Part shown: positions 18,886 to 26,602 of the stretch, piece after piece
How the letters are laid out: every line of letters starts with the position of its first letter
Position numbering within the stretch: the first letter of the stretch is position 1
Source: an uncultured Candidatus Saccharibacteria bacterium
GTDB taxonomy: Bacteria > Patescibacteriota > Doudnabacteria > UBA920 > 2-01-FULL-46-14
Assembly (NCBI GenBank): GCA_964360335.1
Contig: CAYHVH010000003.1
Coordinates: 1 to 58,217, forward strand
Direction of reading: 5' to 3'
Length of the DNA stretch: 58,217 nucleotides
Made by a program: the position numbers and the translations under genes
Notes under the pieces: generated by a model
Databases searched by the model: none
What the model was told of the DNA's origin: nothing
Seen by the model: only the letters and a program-made list of their open reading frames with translations

Positions 18886-20007
18886 ATGGTGAATTTATTT
18901 CGTGAGCGCCAATTACCGCTAGGGCTTGATTTGAGCGATATTTCCCTAAAACTCATGCAGTTTAGGGAACGCGGCGGCAAATATCTCGTCCAGGCCTATG
19001 CCGATGCCCCTATCCAGAAAGACGTATTGGCCGGCGAGAAAATCAAGGATCCGGGTATGCTCATCAAAACTATCCGGCAGGCAATCGCGGCCCCGCAATT
19101 CGGAAAGGTTACGACTGACGAGGTGGTCGCCTCTATCCCAGAAACCAAATCTTTCGTGCGGGTGATTCAGATTCCCAAAATGTCGGAGGCAGAAGCCGCC
19201 GAAGCTGTGCCTTGGGAAGCGGAAGCCTATATCCCTTTACCGATGAGTCAAGTTTATCTAGATTGGGTGCTCTTGGCCCCCGCTGCTTCCGCCCTAGATT
19301 CGGGAGGCGAGAGCAGCACCGAAAAGCTGACCGTTCTGATTACTGCCGCCCCGAAGGACTATGTTGACGACCTGGTGGCGATTTTGAAGAAGGCGGGACT
19401 GCGGCCCTTGGCTTTGGAAGTGGAATCCCAGGCCACGGCCCGGAGCTTGGTGTCGCGGCCGGAGGAAGCAGTGCTAATCGCGGATATCAATACGGTGCGG
19501 ACCAGTCTCATCATCTACGACAGAGGGGCGTTGCAGTTTACTTCTTCATTGCCGATTGCCGGGAACAGTTTCACAGAAAGCCTGGTCCAGGGGCTGGATT
19601 TAGATTTTGCGCATGCGGAACAACTCAAGCGCGAAGTGGGCATTGATGAGGATAGTCAACGTGGGGCCGTAAAAAAATCCCTCGTCCCAGTTCTCAATAA
19701 CTTGCTGGAAGAAATCAAAAATACCATTCGTTTTTATGAAGAGCATTCCCGGGGGAGTGAAAAGATTTCTCGCCTTTTACTCACCGGTGGTTCCAGCAAG
19801 CTTAGGCATCTGCCGTCTTTTTTGCATGAGAAGCTCACCCGCCAAGTCGCAGAAGAACATCCCTTGCGTTCCCTGCCAGGACTGAAGGTTGAGCTTGGCA
19901 ACCCCTGGGTAAATGCCTTAAGGAAAGGGCAGACTCCGGCTTTGTCCCGGGAAGATTCTTTAAGTTACACGACAGCGATCGGCCTCGCCCTCCGGGAGCA
20001 AAAATAA
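18886..20007 (+). CDS. pilM: type IV pilus assembly protein PilM (actin-like ATPase fold)
   Basis: LGLDLSDISLKLMQF N-terminal strand and C-terminal LLLTGGSSKL. Followed by PilN/PilO-like genes. Confidence 0.7.
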   Translation: MVNLFRERQLPLGLDLSDISLKLMQFRERGGKYLVQAYADAPIQKDVLAGEKIKDPGMLIKTIRQAIAAPQFGKVTTDEVVASIPETKSFVRVIQIPKMSEAEAAEAVPWEAEAYIPLPMSQVYLDWVLLAPAASALDSGGESSTEKLTVLITAAPKDYVDDLVAILKKAGLRPLALEVESQATARSLVSRPEEAVLIADINTVRTSLIIYDRGALQFTSSLPIAGNSFTESLVQGLDLDFAHAEQLKREVGIDEDSQRGAVKKSLVPVLNNLLEEIKNTIRFYEEHSRGSEKISRLLLTGGSSKLRHLPSFLHEKLTRQVAEEHPLRSLPGLKVELGNPWVNALRKGQTPALSREDSLSYTTAIGLALREQK

Positions 20008-20011
20008 AGCT

Positions 20012-20569
20012 ATGAAAAAGTTTGTCAACCTTTTGCCGCCGGAAGAACAAAAGCAGCTTAAACTCCAGGAGCTCAACCGGGAACTCTTAAGCTTTGCTTT
20101 CTGGCTGGGTTTGAGCTTTTTGGTATTCATCGCTCTGCTGTATGCCGGCCGGGTTTTTTTGCGCTCCGAGCTTGCGGCCACTACCCAACAGGTAGCCGCG
20201 GAAACCGCTGCCCTTACTGACCTCCAGGAGGCGGGTTTGCCGGCGGAGGTGGAGAAATTTAACCTTAATCTCGCCAATTTTCGCACACTCACCGCGAAGC
20301 ACGAGACCTTAGCTCCAGTTCTTTTAGAGCTGGCAGAGTTGCTGCCTCCGGACCTCACCCTGTCCAGTTTGAGCCTCGACCGAAAATCCCGAAAGGTGGA
20401 AATAGCAGGCCGGGCCGGGAGCAGAAAGTCAGTCCTTATCCTGCGGCGGAATTTGCTAACTTCCCCCTCTTTCAGCAACGTGAATTTCCCTTTGGCCAAT
20501 CTGGAAAAAGCTACGGATCTGCCGTTTAGCTATCGGTTTTATCTTAAACCTAGTTCGCCTTCGCAATAA
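20012..20569 (+). CDS. pilN: PilN-like pilus assembly protein
   Basis: VNLLPPEEQ start motif, then a single TM segment (FAFWLGLSFLVFIALLYA). Confidence 0.6.
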   Translation: MKKFVNLLPPEEQKQLKLQELNRELLSFAFWLGLSFLVFIALLYAGRVFLRSELAATTQQVAAETAALTDLQEAGLPAEVEKFNLNLANFRTLTAKHETLAPVLLELAELLPPDLTLSSLSLDRKSRKVEIAGRAGSRKSVLILRRNLLTSPSFSNVNFPLANLEKATDLPFSYRFYLKPSSPSQ

Positions 20570-20570
20570 G

Positions 20571-21194
20571 ATGTCTTTTTCCTCCTCCAGTCATACCGGA
20601 ATAATTCTGACCGCAGGCGGTGTCGTTGCCGGCCTCGTTTTGCTGGTAATTTTTGTGGTCTCGCCGCTGCTTCTGGACCTCGGCGCCGCCAATCTTGCCA
20701 TCCGGCAAGGCAGACAGGAACTTTCTAATCTCCAAGCGGAGATCAACAGTTACCGGGAGCTCTCTCTAGGTTTTGCGCGTTCTGCTCCGGAGCGGGAGGT
20801 TCTCCAGAAGATGTTTCCGCTGCGGGAAGAAATGGTGGGACTGGTGGAAGGTTTGGAGACTGCTGTAGAGGGCGCGGGGGCAAGCTCGAAGCTTACGATT
20901 ATCGACCGGCAGGAGCAGGAACAGGAGGGTCTGGGGCGGGGGGCCGCTACCCCCGAAATAGTGATATCCGGTCTGCGGCGGACGGAGGAGATTCCCTATC
21001 AGTTGGAGGTCGCGGGTGATTATCGGCAGCTCTTGGATTTTCTCTTGTATTTGGACAATTTAGGATTTTTGACAGAGATCCGGAAGCTCGAGGTCGTAGC
21101 CGACGCGGTCCAAAACCAGATTACCGGAGAGCCGCGTCAGAACGGGGAGGGAACCGCAAAATTGGAAGGCGTATTTTTCATAAGTAAGCCATGA
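20571..21194 (+). CDS. pilO: PilO-like pilus assembly protein (tentative)
   Basis: N-terminal TM segment, a coiled segment (QELSNLQAEINSYRE), and the position after pilN. Confidence 0.45.
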   Translation: MSFSSSSHTGIILTAGGVVAGLVLLVIFVVSPLLLDLGAANLAIRQGRQELSNLQAEINSYRELSLGFARSAPEREVLQKMFPLREEMVGLVEGLETAVEGAGASSKLTIIDRQEQEQEGLGRGAATPEIVISGLRRTEEIPYQLEVAGDYRQLLDFLLYLDNLGFLTEIRKLEVVADAVQNQITGEPRQNGEGTAKLEGVFFISKP

Positions 21195-21195
21195 G

Positions 21196-21291
21196 CCCCG
21201 TTAGACTTAGTTATTGGAATTTGTTGGAGTCTAATTTCGGGGTTGGTGATAAACTTTGTAGCCTGATAATTTTAAGAAAGGTCTAACGGGG
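21196..21291. repeat. family D-like palindromic element (ccccgttagac ... gtctaacgggg)
   Basis: 11-nt perfect inverted arms at 21196-21206 and 21281-21291. The right arm overlaps the GTG start of the next ORF. Confidence 0.6.
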
Positions 21292-21584
21292 TGAAATTTC
21301 TTGTCAGCAAGCCAAAATTGAAGGTCCGCTTGACATTTCTACTCTGGACAATTTTTGCGCTGCTGGTGCTGGGTCAGGTGCTGGCGCTTTATAAGTACTT
21401 GTACGCCGACTTCAAGGCCAGTGCTGTAAGTCCCGAGCCCCAGCCGACGGCGATTCTCCGCATTGATGAGGTAACTTCCCAGCAGGTCAAAGCGTGGTGG
21501 CAAGACCGGCAAAACTTTGAACTTCCGGCTTACAAGTTGCAGGCGGGGGATGTGGGCCGGGAAAATCCGTTCGCCGAGTATTAG
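21291..21584 (+). CDS. small membrane-anchored hypothetical protein, last gene of the pilus operon
   Basis: 97 aa with a GTG start and one TM segment (LTFLLWTIFALLVLGQVLAL). Followed by a terminator. Confidence 0.45.
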   Translation: MKFLVSKPKLKVRLTFLLWTIFALLVLGQVLALYKYLYADFKASAVSPEPQPTAILRIDEVTSQQVKAWWQDRQNFELPAYKLQAGDVGRENPFAEY

Positions 21585-21601
21585 AAATTTTCGCGCGTTG
21601 C

Positions 21602-21631
21602 AAAAAACCCGCTTTTAAAAGCGGGTTTTTT
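21602..21631. terminator. bidirectional rho-independent terminator
   Basis: aaaaaacccgc-ttttaaaa-gcgggtttttt. Confidence 0.8.
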
Positions 21632-21854
21632 GGTGGGTCGTGCAGGAATCGAACCTCTAATCCGCCTTAGGCGGACCCCTGCCCCGCCTGCCATTACCAC
21701 TGCCCCCAGTAGGTCTCGAACCTACAACCTTCTCCTTAAGAGGGAGCTGCTCTACCAATTGAGCTATGAGGGCAATGGCAGTGGCGGGCAGGTCTGCCAG
21801 CTCCGACGCTTCGGTCGGAGCCCCGACTGGGCGTCGGGGTTGAGCTAACGACCC
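21631..21854 (-). pseudogene. interrupted tRNA-Lys(UUU)-like gene: a 5' fragment and a 3' fragment with encoded CCA, separated by about 180 nt
   Basis: The minus strand starts GGGTCGTTAGCTCAA and ends GGTTCGATTCCTGCACGACCCACCA. These are complementary acceptor strands. No canonical D, anticodon or T stem can be drawn across the intervening hairpins and the nested tRNA. Confidence 0.5.
21701..21773 (-). tRNA. tRNA-Lys (anticodon CTT)
   Basis: Hand-folded cloverleaf: GCCCTCA/TGGGGGC acceptor, GCTC/GAGC D stem, loop CTCTTAA, GTAGG-TTCGAGA-CCTAC T arm. 73 nt, no encoded CCA. Confidence 0.85.
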
Positions 21855-21857
21855 GAA

Positions 21858-21929
21858 TGCCCTCGGAGGGAATCGAACCCCCACTCACAGGTCCGAAGCC
21901 TGTTGTGATATCCATTTCACCACGAGGGC
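21858..21929 (-). tRNA. tRNA-Arg (anticodon TCG)
   Basis: Hand-folded: GCCCTCG/CGAGGGC acceptor, GTGA/TCAC D stem, ACAGG-CTTCGGA-CCTGT anticodon arm, GGGGG-TTCGATT-CCCTC T arm. 72 nt. Confidence 0.85.
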
Positions 21930-21937
21930 GCTGTTTT

Positions 21938-21966
21938 ATTATAAAAGGTTCAATTAATCTTTTCAA
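21938..21966 (-). promoter_or_regulatory. sigma70-like promoter for the tRNA cluster (TTGAAA, 17 nt, TATAAT)
   Basis: On the minus strand the -35 is at 21966-21961 and the -10 at 21943-21938. The tRNA-Arg 5' end lies 9 nt downstream of the -10. Confidence 0.55.
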
Positions 21967-21973
21967 TGCTTAG

Positions 21974-21982
21974 TGGTATAAT
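21974..21982 (+). promoter_or_regulatory. extended -10 TGGTATAAT, 9 nt before the ATG of the HTH gene (implies a leaderless mRNA)
   Basis: tggtataat-atccctgcc-ATG. Confidence 0.5.
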
Positions 21983-21991
21983 ATCCCTGCC

Positions 21992-22201
21992 ATGGCTGAT
22001 GAGAAAGACAAAATTTACGGAGCCCGGGATCTAGCGCAGTTCTTCGGGGTTACCGAAAAGACCATCTGGGAATGGTGCAAGAAAGGCAAACTCCCGGCGT
22101 TTAAGATTGGCAAAGAATGGAAAGTCCGGGTGGTGGATCTCAACAAAACAATCAGCCAGAAGATTAATATTCATCGGGAAAAAGACGGTACCCTCTTTTA
22201 G
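21992..22201 (+). CDS. excisionase-type helix-turn-helix DNA-binding protein
   Basis: ARDLAQFFGVTEKTIWEWCKKGKLPAFKIGKEWKV. This is a paralogue-like match to the protein at 9113-9358. Confidence 0.7.
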   Translation: MADEKDKIYGARDLAQFFGVTEKTIWEWCKKGKLPAFKIGKEWKVRVVDLNKTISQKINIHREKDGTLF

Positions 22202-22203
22202 CT

Positions 22204-23190
22204 ATGATTTATCTGTTCTATGGGGACGATACCTTGACGCTCTTGCAGGAGCTCTGGACGCTCAAGGAAAAATTTATCCAAAAACATTCGCGCCAGGCAG
22301 TCGAGGAACTCGCAATCGACGCCCAGACGACGGATGGCGGGCTTCGGGCGGCCTTGCAGGGCCTTTTGGAAAACCCGAGTTTATTCGCCCTGAAAAAGTT
22401 AGTGGTACTGCGGGATTTTCTGAACGAGCTTCATGATTATCCGGCGGCCGAGGCCTACCTCCTTACCGCTCTCGGCAAGCTTGGCTCGGCGGTGACCGTG
22501 GTGTTCTCGCAGCTTCAGCCGGTTGACCGGCGGTTGCGGTTCTTTAAAAAACTCTGGGGTTTAGCCACGACCAAGGAATTTACGGTGCCCTCGGAAAAAG
22601 CTTTGGAGACCTGGATAAAAAACCGCCTAAAAAAGGACGGATACGAGATCGAAAAACCGGCTCTGCAGGAGCTCCTGGCGGCCTTGGGAGCGGAGTTTGA
22701 GATGTGGCAGGTGGAAGGGGAGTTGCAGAAACTGATGTTTTACCGGCAGAACGACAAAACCATTAAGCTTCCCGAAGTAAAGGAGCTCGTTTCCCGCAAT
22801 ATCTCGGCTTCGGTTTTTGACCTGACCAATTTGGTGGCCGAGGGCAAGATCCCGGCCGCCGTGGCGCTCCTCGAGCAGATGATTGCCACTGCTCCGGCGA
22901 CCGACTCCAAGGATCGGATCATTCAAATTGTTGGAGCGCTGGCTTCGCAAATTCGTTCCCTCCTCTTGGTCAAGGATTTGGAACGGGAGCACCAGAGTGC
23001 GGAAATTGCGAAGATCCTGGACTGGCAGGCCGGCCGGGTGTGGATTAACCTCAAGCTGGCCGCGAAATTCAACAAGGAAAAATTAATCCAACTCCTCCTG
23101 GATTTGAAAGCGATTGATTTTCGGCTCAAGACCTCGGAAGAGCCGCCCAAACTGCTTTTGACCTTGTTTTTCCAGAAGGCCGCCGCTTAA
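22204..23190 (+). CDS. holA: DNA polymerase III delta subunit
   Basis: 328 aa. MIYLFYGDDTLTLLQE N-terminus and a helical C-terminal domain typical of HolA. Confidence 0.65.
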   Translation: MIYLFYGDDTLTLLQELWTLKEKFIQKHSRQAVEELAIDAQTTDGGLRAALQGLLENPSLFALKKLVVLRDFLNELHDYPAAEAYLLTALGKLGSAVTVVFSQLQPVDRRLRFFKKLWGLATTKEFTVPSEKALETWIKNRLKKDGYEIEKPALQELLAALGAEFEMWQVEGELQKLMFYRQNDKTIKLPEVKELVSRNISASVFDLTNLVAEGKIPAAVALLEQMIATAPATDSKDRIIQIVGALASQIRSLLLVKDLEREHQSAEIAKILDWQAGRVWINLKLAAKFNKEKLIQLLLDLKAIDFRLKTSEEPPKLLLTLFFQKAAA

Positions 23191-23203
23191 TCTAAAGTTC
23201 GAT

Positions 23204-23605
23204 ATGTATGAATTCCTGGAACATACCGGGGAATTGGCGGTCCGGGTAAAAGGCAAGGATTTGCCTTCTCTTTTTATCAGTGCCGCTGCGGCCATGAATG
23301 ACTATCTGCTTCAGGATTTGACGCCTGGTGCCGAACAGGGCACGGAAACAATTGAAGTCTCGGCCGCTGATTACAGAAGTTTATTGGTGGCCTGGCTGTC
23401 AGAGATTCTTTATCGGATTGAGGTTAATGACTGTATTTATCAGAAGTTTGAGGTTAAGGTTCTGGAGAAAACCGCGTTGATTGCGGAAATTACGGGGGCC
23501 AGGGTTAGAAAGCTCGCCCGGGATATCAAGGCCGCAACCCATCATGGGTTGGAGATTAAGCGGATACCGGACGGTTACGAAGTGGTAATTATTTTCGATA
23601 TTTGA
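23204..23605 (+). CDS. archease (RtcB activator)
   Basis: 133 aa. FLEHTGELAVRVKG, LLVAWLSEILY and IKAATHHGLEI match archease family blocks. Directly upstream of rtcB. Confidence 0.8.
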   Translation: MYEFLEHTGELAVRVKGKDLPSLFISAAAAMNDYLLQDLTPGAEQGTETIEVSAADYRSLLVAWLSEILYRIEVNDCIYQKFEVKVLEKTALIAEITGARVRKLARDIKAATHHGLEIKRIPDGYEVVIIFDI

Positions 23606-23666
23606 GATTGCTTCGTGTTCGCTCGCAATGATGTCATTGCGACGAGGCGAAGCCGAGGAAGCAATC
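23604..23666. repeat. family B palindromic element (two inverted units) filling the archease-rtcB spacer
   Basis: gagattgcttcgtgttcgctcgcaatgat / gtcattgcgacgaggcgaagccgaggaagcaatc. Confidence 0.85.
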
Positions 23667-23667
23667 T

Positions 23668-25065
23668 ATGGATTTTCAGAAGCTCAAAAAAATTTCTGAT
23701 TATGTCTATGAGATCCCGCGCTCCTATCGAGCGGATATGCGGGTTCCGGCGAGACTTCTTATTTCCGAGAAACTCTTGGCCGAGACCCGGGACGATAAAA
23801 GTCTGGAACAGCTCGTGAATGTCACGACGATTCCGGGAATTTATAAATATGCTTTGGCAATGCCCGATATCCACCAAGGCTACGGTTTTCCAGTCGGGGG
23901 AGTAGCGGCGACCGAGATGCCGCAGGGCTTGGTCTCGCCAGGTGGCATCGGCTACGACATCAATTGCGGCGTCCGGCTTTTGAAAAGCGGCCTGACCCTG
24001 GAGGACGTGAAGCCCCATTTGCGCTCCTTGGCCCAGCAACTCCAGCGCGAGGTCCCCAGCGGGGTGGGAGAGGGAGGAAGATGGAAACTTAAGCCCGCGG
24101 AAGTGGACCAAGTTCTGGAAGGGGGGGCGCCGTGGCTCGTGGAAAAAAAGGGCTTGGGCCGGGTGGAGGATTTGGAGAAGCAGGAAAGCCGGGGCTGTTT
24201 GCCTGGGGCCTCGGCCAAAACCGTGAGCGTAAGGGCCAAAAGACGCGGCAGCGACCAACTCGGGACCTTGGGGGCGGGCAATCACTTTCTGGAAATTCAG
24301 CAGGTGCAGAAAATTTACGCGGCCGAGCCGGCTGGGCAATTTGGACTCAAGGAAAATCAAATCGTGGTCATGATTCATTGCGGCAGCCGGGGCTTGGGCC
24401 ACCAAAACGCCACCGACTATATTGCTCTGATGACCCAGATTATGCCCCGCTACGGGATTAGTTTGCCGGACCGGCAGCTGGCGGGCGTGCCTTACGAAAC
24501 ACCCGAGGGAAAAAATTATTTTGCCTCGATGTGCGCCGCGGCCAATTTTGCCTGGGCCAACCGCCAAGCCATCACGGCCGAGGTCAGGGAAGGTTTTAAA
24601 AAAGTTCTACCGCCAACTTTGGACTCGTCCTTGGAGGTGGTTTATGACGTCGCCCATAACATTGCGAAACTTGAGGAATACGACGGCCGAAAACTTTTGG
24701 TGCACCGCAAAGGCGCAACCCGGGCTTTCCCCGGACAACCGGTCCTTATCCCCGGCAGCATGGGCACCGCTTCTTTTGTTTTGGTCGGCCGCCCCGGTTC
24801 AATGGAAGTTTCTTTTGGCAGCGCCTGCCACGGAGCGGGCAGGCGCATGTCCAGGACCCGCGCCCGGGAGCAGGTTCGGGGAGATCAACTCAAAAGGGAA
24901 TTGGAAGGAAGAGGCATCGCCGTGGCCGCCGGTTCGCTTTCCGGGTTGGCCGAGGAAGCCCCCGAGGCTTACAAAGACGTGGACGAAGTAGTCCGCGTGG
25001 TCCAGGAAGCCGGGATCGCCGAAATCGTGGCGCGGTTGGTGCCGCTTGCCGTGGTGAAAGGGTAG
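23668..25065 (+). CDS. rtcB: RNA 3'-phosphate/5'-OH ligase RtcB
   Basis: GYDINCGVRLL, GAGNHFLEIQ, HCGSRGLGHQ, HRKGAT and CHGAGR. Confidence 0.92.
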   Translation: MDFQKLKKISDYVYEIPRSYRADMRVPARLLISEKLLAETRDDKSLEQLVNVTTIPGIYKYALAMPDIHQGYGFPVGGVAATEMPQGLVSPGGIGYDINCGVRLLKSGLTLEDVKPHLRSLAQQLQREVPSGVGEGGRWKLKPAEVDQVLEGGAPWLVEKKGLGRVEDLEKQESRGCLPGASAKTVSVRAKRRGSDQLGTLGAGNHFLEIQQVQKIYAAEPAGQFGLKENQIVVMIHCGSRGLGHQNATDYIALMTQIMPRYGISLPDRQLAGVPYETPEGKNYFASMCAAANFAWANRQAITAEVREGFKKVLPPTLDSSLEVVYDVAHNIAKLEEYDGRKLLVHRKGATRAFPGQPVLIPGSMGTASFVLVGRPGSMEVSFGSACHGAGRRMSRTRAREQVRGDQLKRELEGRGIAVAAGSLSGLAEEAPEAYKDVDEVVRVVQEAGIAEIVARLVPLAVVKG

Positions 25066-25084
25066 GGTGTGATATACTAGAAAT

Positions 25085-25840
25085 ATGCCGTTGTTGCTGA
25101 AAATTCTGCTCGCTTCGTTTCTCTCCGGCGTGGTTTCGCTTTTGGGCGGGATTGCCCTTTTGGGCAGAGCAGAGTGGGTCAGAAAATTTTCGATTCACTT
25201 CGTGACTTTTGCGGCTGGCGCTCTGCTTGCGGCCGCTTTTTTGGATTTGCTTCCCGAGGCCTTTGCTCTGCCGGATGCTTCGGCGGAAACCCTGTTTGGG
25301 TATGTTTTGGGAGGGATGCTGCTGTTTTTTCTTTTGGAACGGACGATCCTGAAATTTCATGCTCATCACCACGGCGATGATCCGGAGCATCACCACGCCA
25401 GCCCAATTTTGGTGCAGGTGGCCGATACAGCGCACAATTTTATTGACGGCATCGTGCTGGCGGTAGCTTTTTTGGTGGACCCGGCTTTGGGGATTGTGAC
25501 GACTGCCGCGGTCGGGGCCCATGAACTGCCCCAGGAGATCGGTGATTTTTCCGTGATGTTGCACCATGGTTACCGGCGCCGGACAATCCTCGGGGTCAAT
25601 GTTCTGTCTTCGCTCGCGAGTCTCCTGGGGGCCTTTTTGGCCTACCTGTCCCGCTCGTTTATCGAGCCGTATTTGCCTGTTCTTTTGGCCTTGGCCGCCG
25701 GACATTTCATTTATATCGCGGCCGTAGATTTAATTCCTGAAGTTTCGGCCAAGACCCGTCCGGACAGGATCTCGCATGTCATCGGCTTGCTGCTTCTAGG
25801 GGTCCTGGTGGTGTGGATCTTGGGACGTTTCTTGGAGTAG
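25085..25840 (+). CDS. ZIP family divalent metal transporter
   Basis: GAHELPQEIGDF signature, a His-rich loop HAHHHGDDPEHHH, and about 8 TM segments. Confidence 0.85.
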   Translation: MPLLLKILLASFLSGVVSLLGGIALLGRAEWVRKFSIHFVTFAAGALLAAAFLDLLPEAFALPDASAETLFGYVLGGMLLFFLLERTILKFHAHHHGDDPEHHHASPILVQVADTAHNFIDGIVLAVAFLVDPALGIVTTAAVGAHELPQEIGDFSVMLHHGYRRRTILGVNVLSSLASLLGAFLAYLSRSFIEPYLPVLLALAAGHFIYIAAVDLIPEVSAKTRPDRISHVIGLLLLGVLVVWILGRFLE

Positions 25841-25858
25841 TAACCAGATGAATTTTGC

Positions 25859-26530
25859 ATGAAATTTTTTGATATCAGTCTGCCGCTTGAGGAAGGGATG
25901 GCCTTTTGGCCCAGGGACACGAGATTTAGGCGCGAAGAATACCGCGGCACCGCGATTGTTTCGAAAATCACGATGTCCTCCCACGCCGGGACGCATATTG
26001 ACGCGCCGCGACATTTCTTGTTTGATAAAGGAACTGTCGATCAAATTGCAATTTCGAAATTGATTGGAAAGTGCCGTGTGGTGGAAATCCGACCTCTTCT
26101 CCCTTCGGTACCCTCCCCAGGCGTGGGGAGGGTGGCTGGAGGCCGGGAGAGGTCGAAACTCGACAACAGCATTACCGTCTCTATAGTTAAGAGATTCAAT
26201 ATCAAAGCAGGAGATAAAATTTTATTTAAAACCCGCAATGCCGAGCTGCTTAAAAAAACCAAGTTCGAAAAGAATTACGTTTCCCTGTCCCTTGAGGCCG
26301 CCCGATATTTAGCCAAGAAAAAAATCGACCTCGTGGGGATCGATTATTTCGGCATTGAGGCCAAAGGCAGCCCCGGCCACCCGGTTCACAAGGCGCTCCT
26401 CCGGGCGGGGATCGTCATCGTCGAGGGGCTGGATTTGCGCAAAGTAAAACCAGGTCGCTATAACCTGGTGGCGTTGCCTCTGAAGTTTATCGGCGGGGAC
26501 GGGGCGCCTACGCGGGCTATTCTTTGGTAA
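25859..26530 (+). CDS. cyclase family protein (arylformamidase/kynurenine formamidase-like)
   Basis: SSHAGTHIDAPRHF motif. Carries a 22-codon repeat-derived insert. Confidence 0.75.
   Translation: MKFFDISLPLEEGMAFWPRDTRFRREEYRGTAIVSKITMSSHAGTHIDAPRHFLFDKGTVDQIAISKLIGKCRVVEIRPLLPSVPSPGVGRVAGGRERSKLDNSITVSIVKRFNIKAGDKILFKTRNAELLKKTKFEKNYVSLSLEAARYLAKKKIDLVGIDYFGIEAKGSPGHPVHKALLRAGIVIVEGLDLRKVKPGRYNLVALPLKFIGGDGAPTRAILW
26090..26155. repeat. family A palindromic element, full 66-nt copy, codon-aligned inside the cyclase CDS
   Basis: CGACCTCTTCTCCC...CCCTCCCCAGGCGTGGGGAGGG...GGGAGAGGTCG, a nested inverted repeat. 26090-25859=231 (a multiple of 3) and the length is 66. Confidence 0.9.
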
Positions 26531-26536
26531 GTGGCT

Positions 26537-26600
26537 CGACCTCTCTCCGCCGCGGCGGACCACCCTCCCCAGGCCTGGGGAGGGGTTGGGGGAGAGGTCG
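26537..26600. repeat. family A palindromic element, intergenic copy between the convergent cyclase and gnd genes
   Basis: cgacctctctccgcc...ccctccccaggcctggggaggggttgggggagaggtcg. The last 43 nt are identical to the copy at 27068-27110. Confidence 0.9.
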
Positions 26601-26602
26601 TT

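Noticed and set aside
21631-21854. tmRNA or Y-RNA-like interpretation of the outer tRNA-like halves
   Set aside because: The acceptor has G3:C70 rather than the G:U needed for tmRNA. There is no tag frame. The inner unit is an ordinary tRNA rather than a closed-acceptor mimic.
21630-21966. ORFs of 72-76 aa overlapping the tRNA cluster
   Set aside because: The region is explained by hand-folded tRNA genes and hairpins.
23575-24567. 330-aa ORF on the minus strand
   Set aside because: It is entirely antisense to rtcB, whose product has every RtcB signature. The ORF's sequence is low-complexity and Arg/Gly/Pro-rich, typical of a shadow frame.
24890-25705. 271-aa ORF on the minus strand
   Set aside because: It is antisense to the ZIP transporter gene and the rtcB 3' end. 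It is an Arg/Pro/Gln-rich shadow frame.
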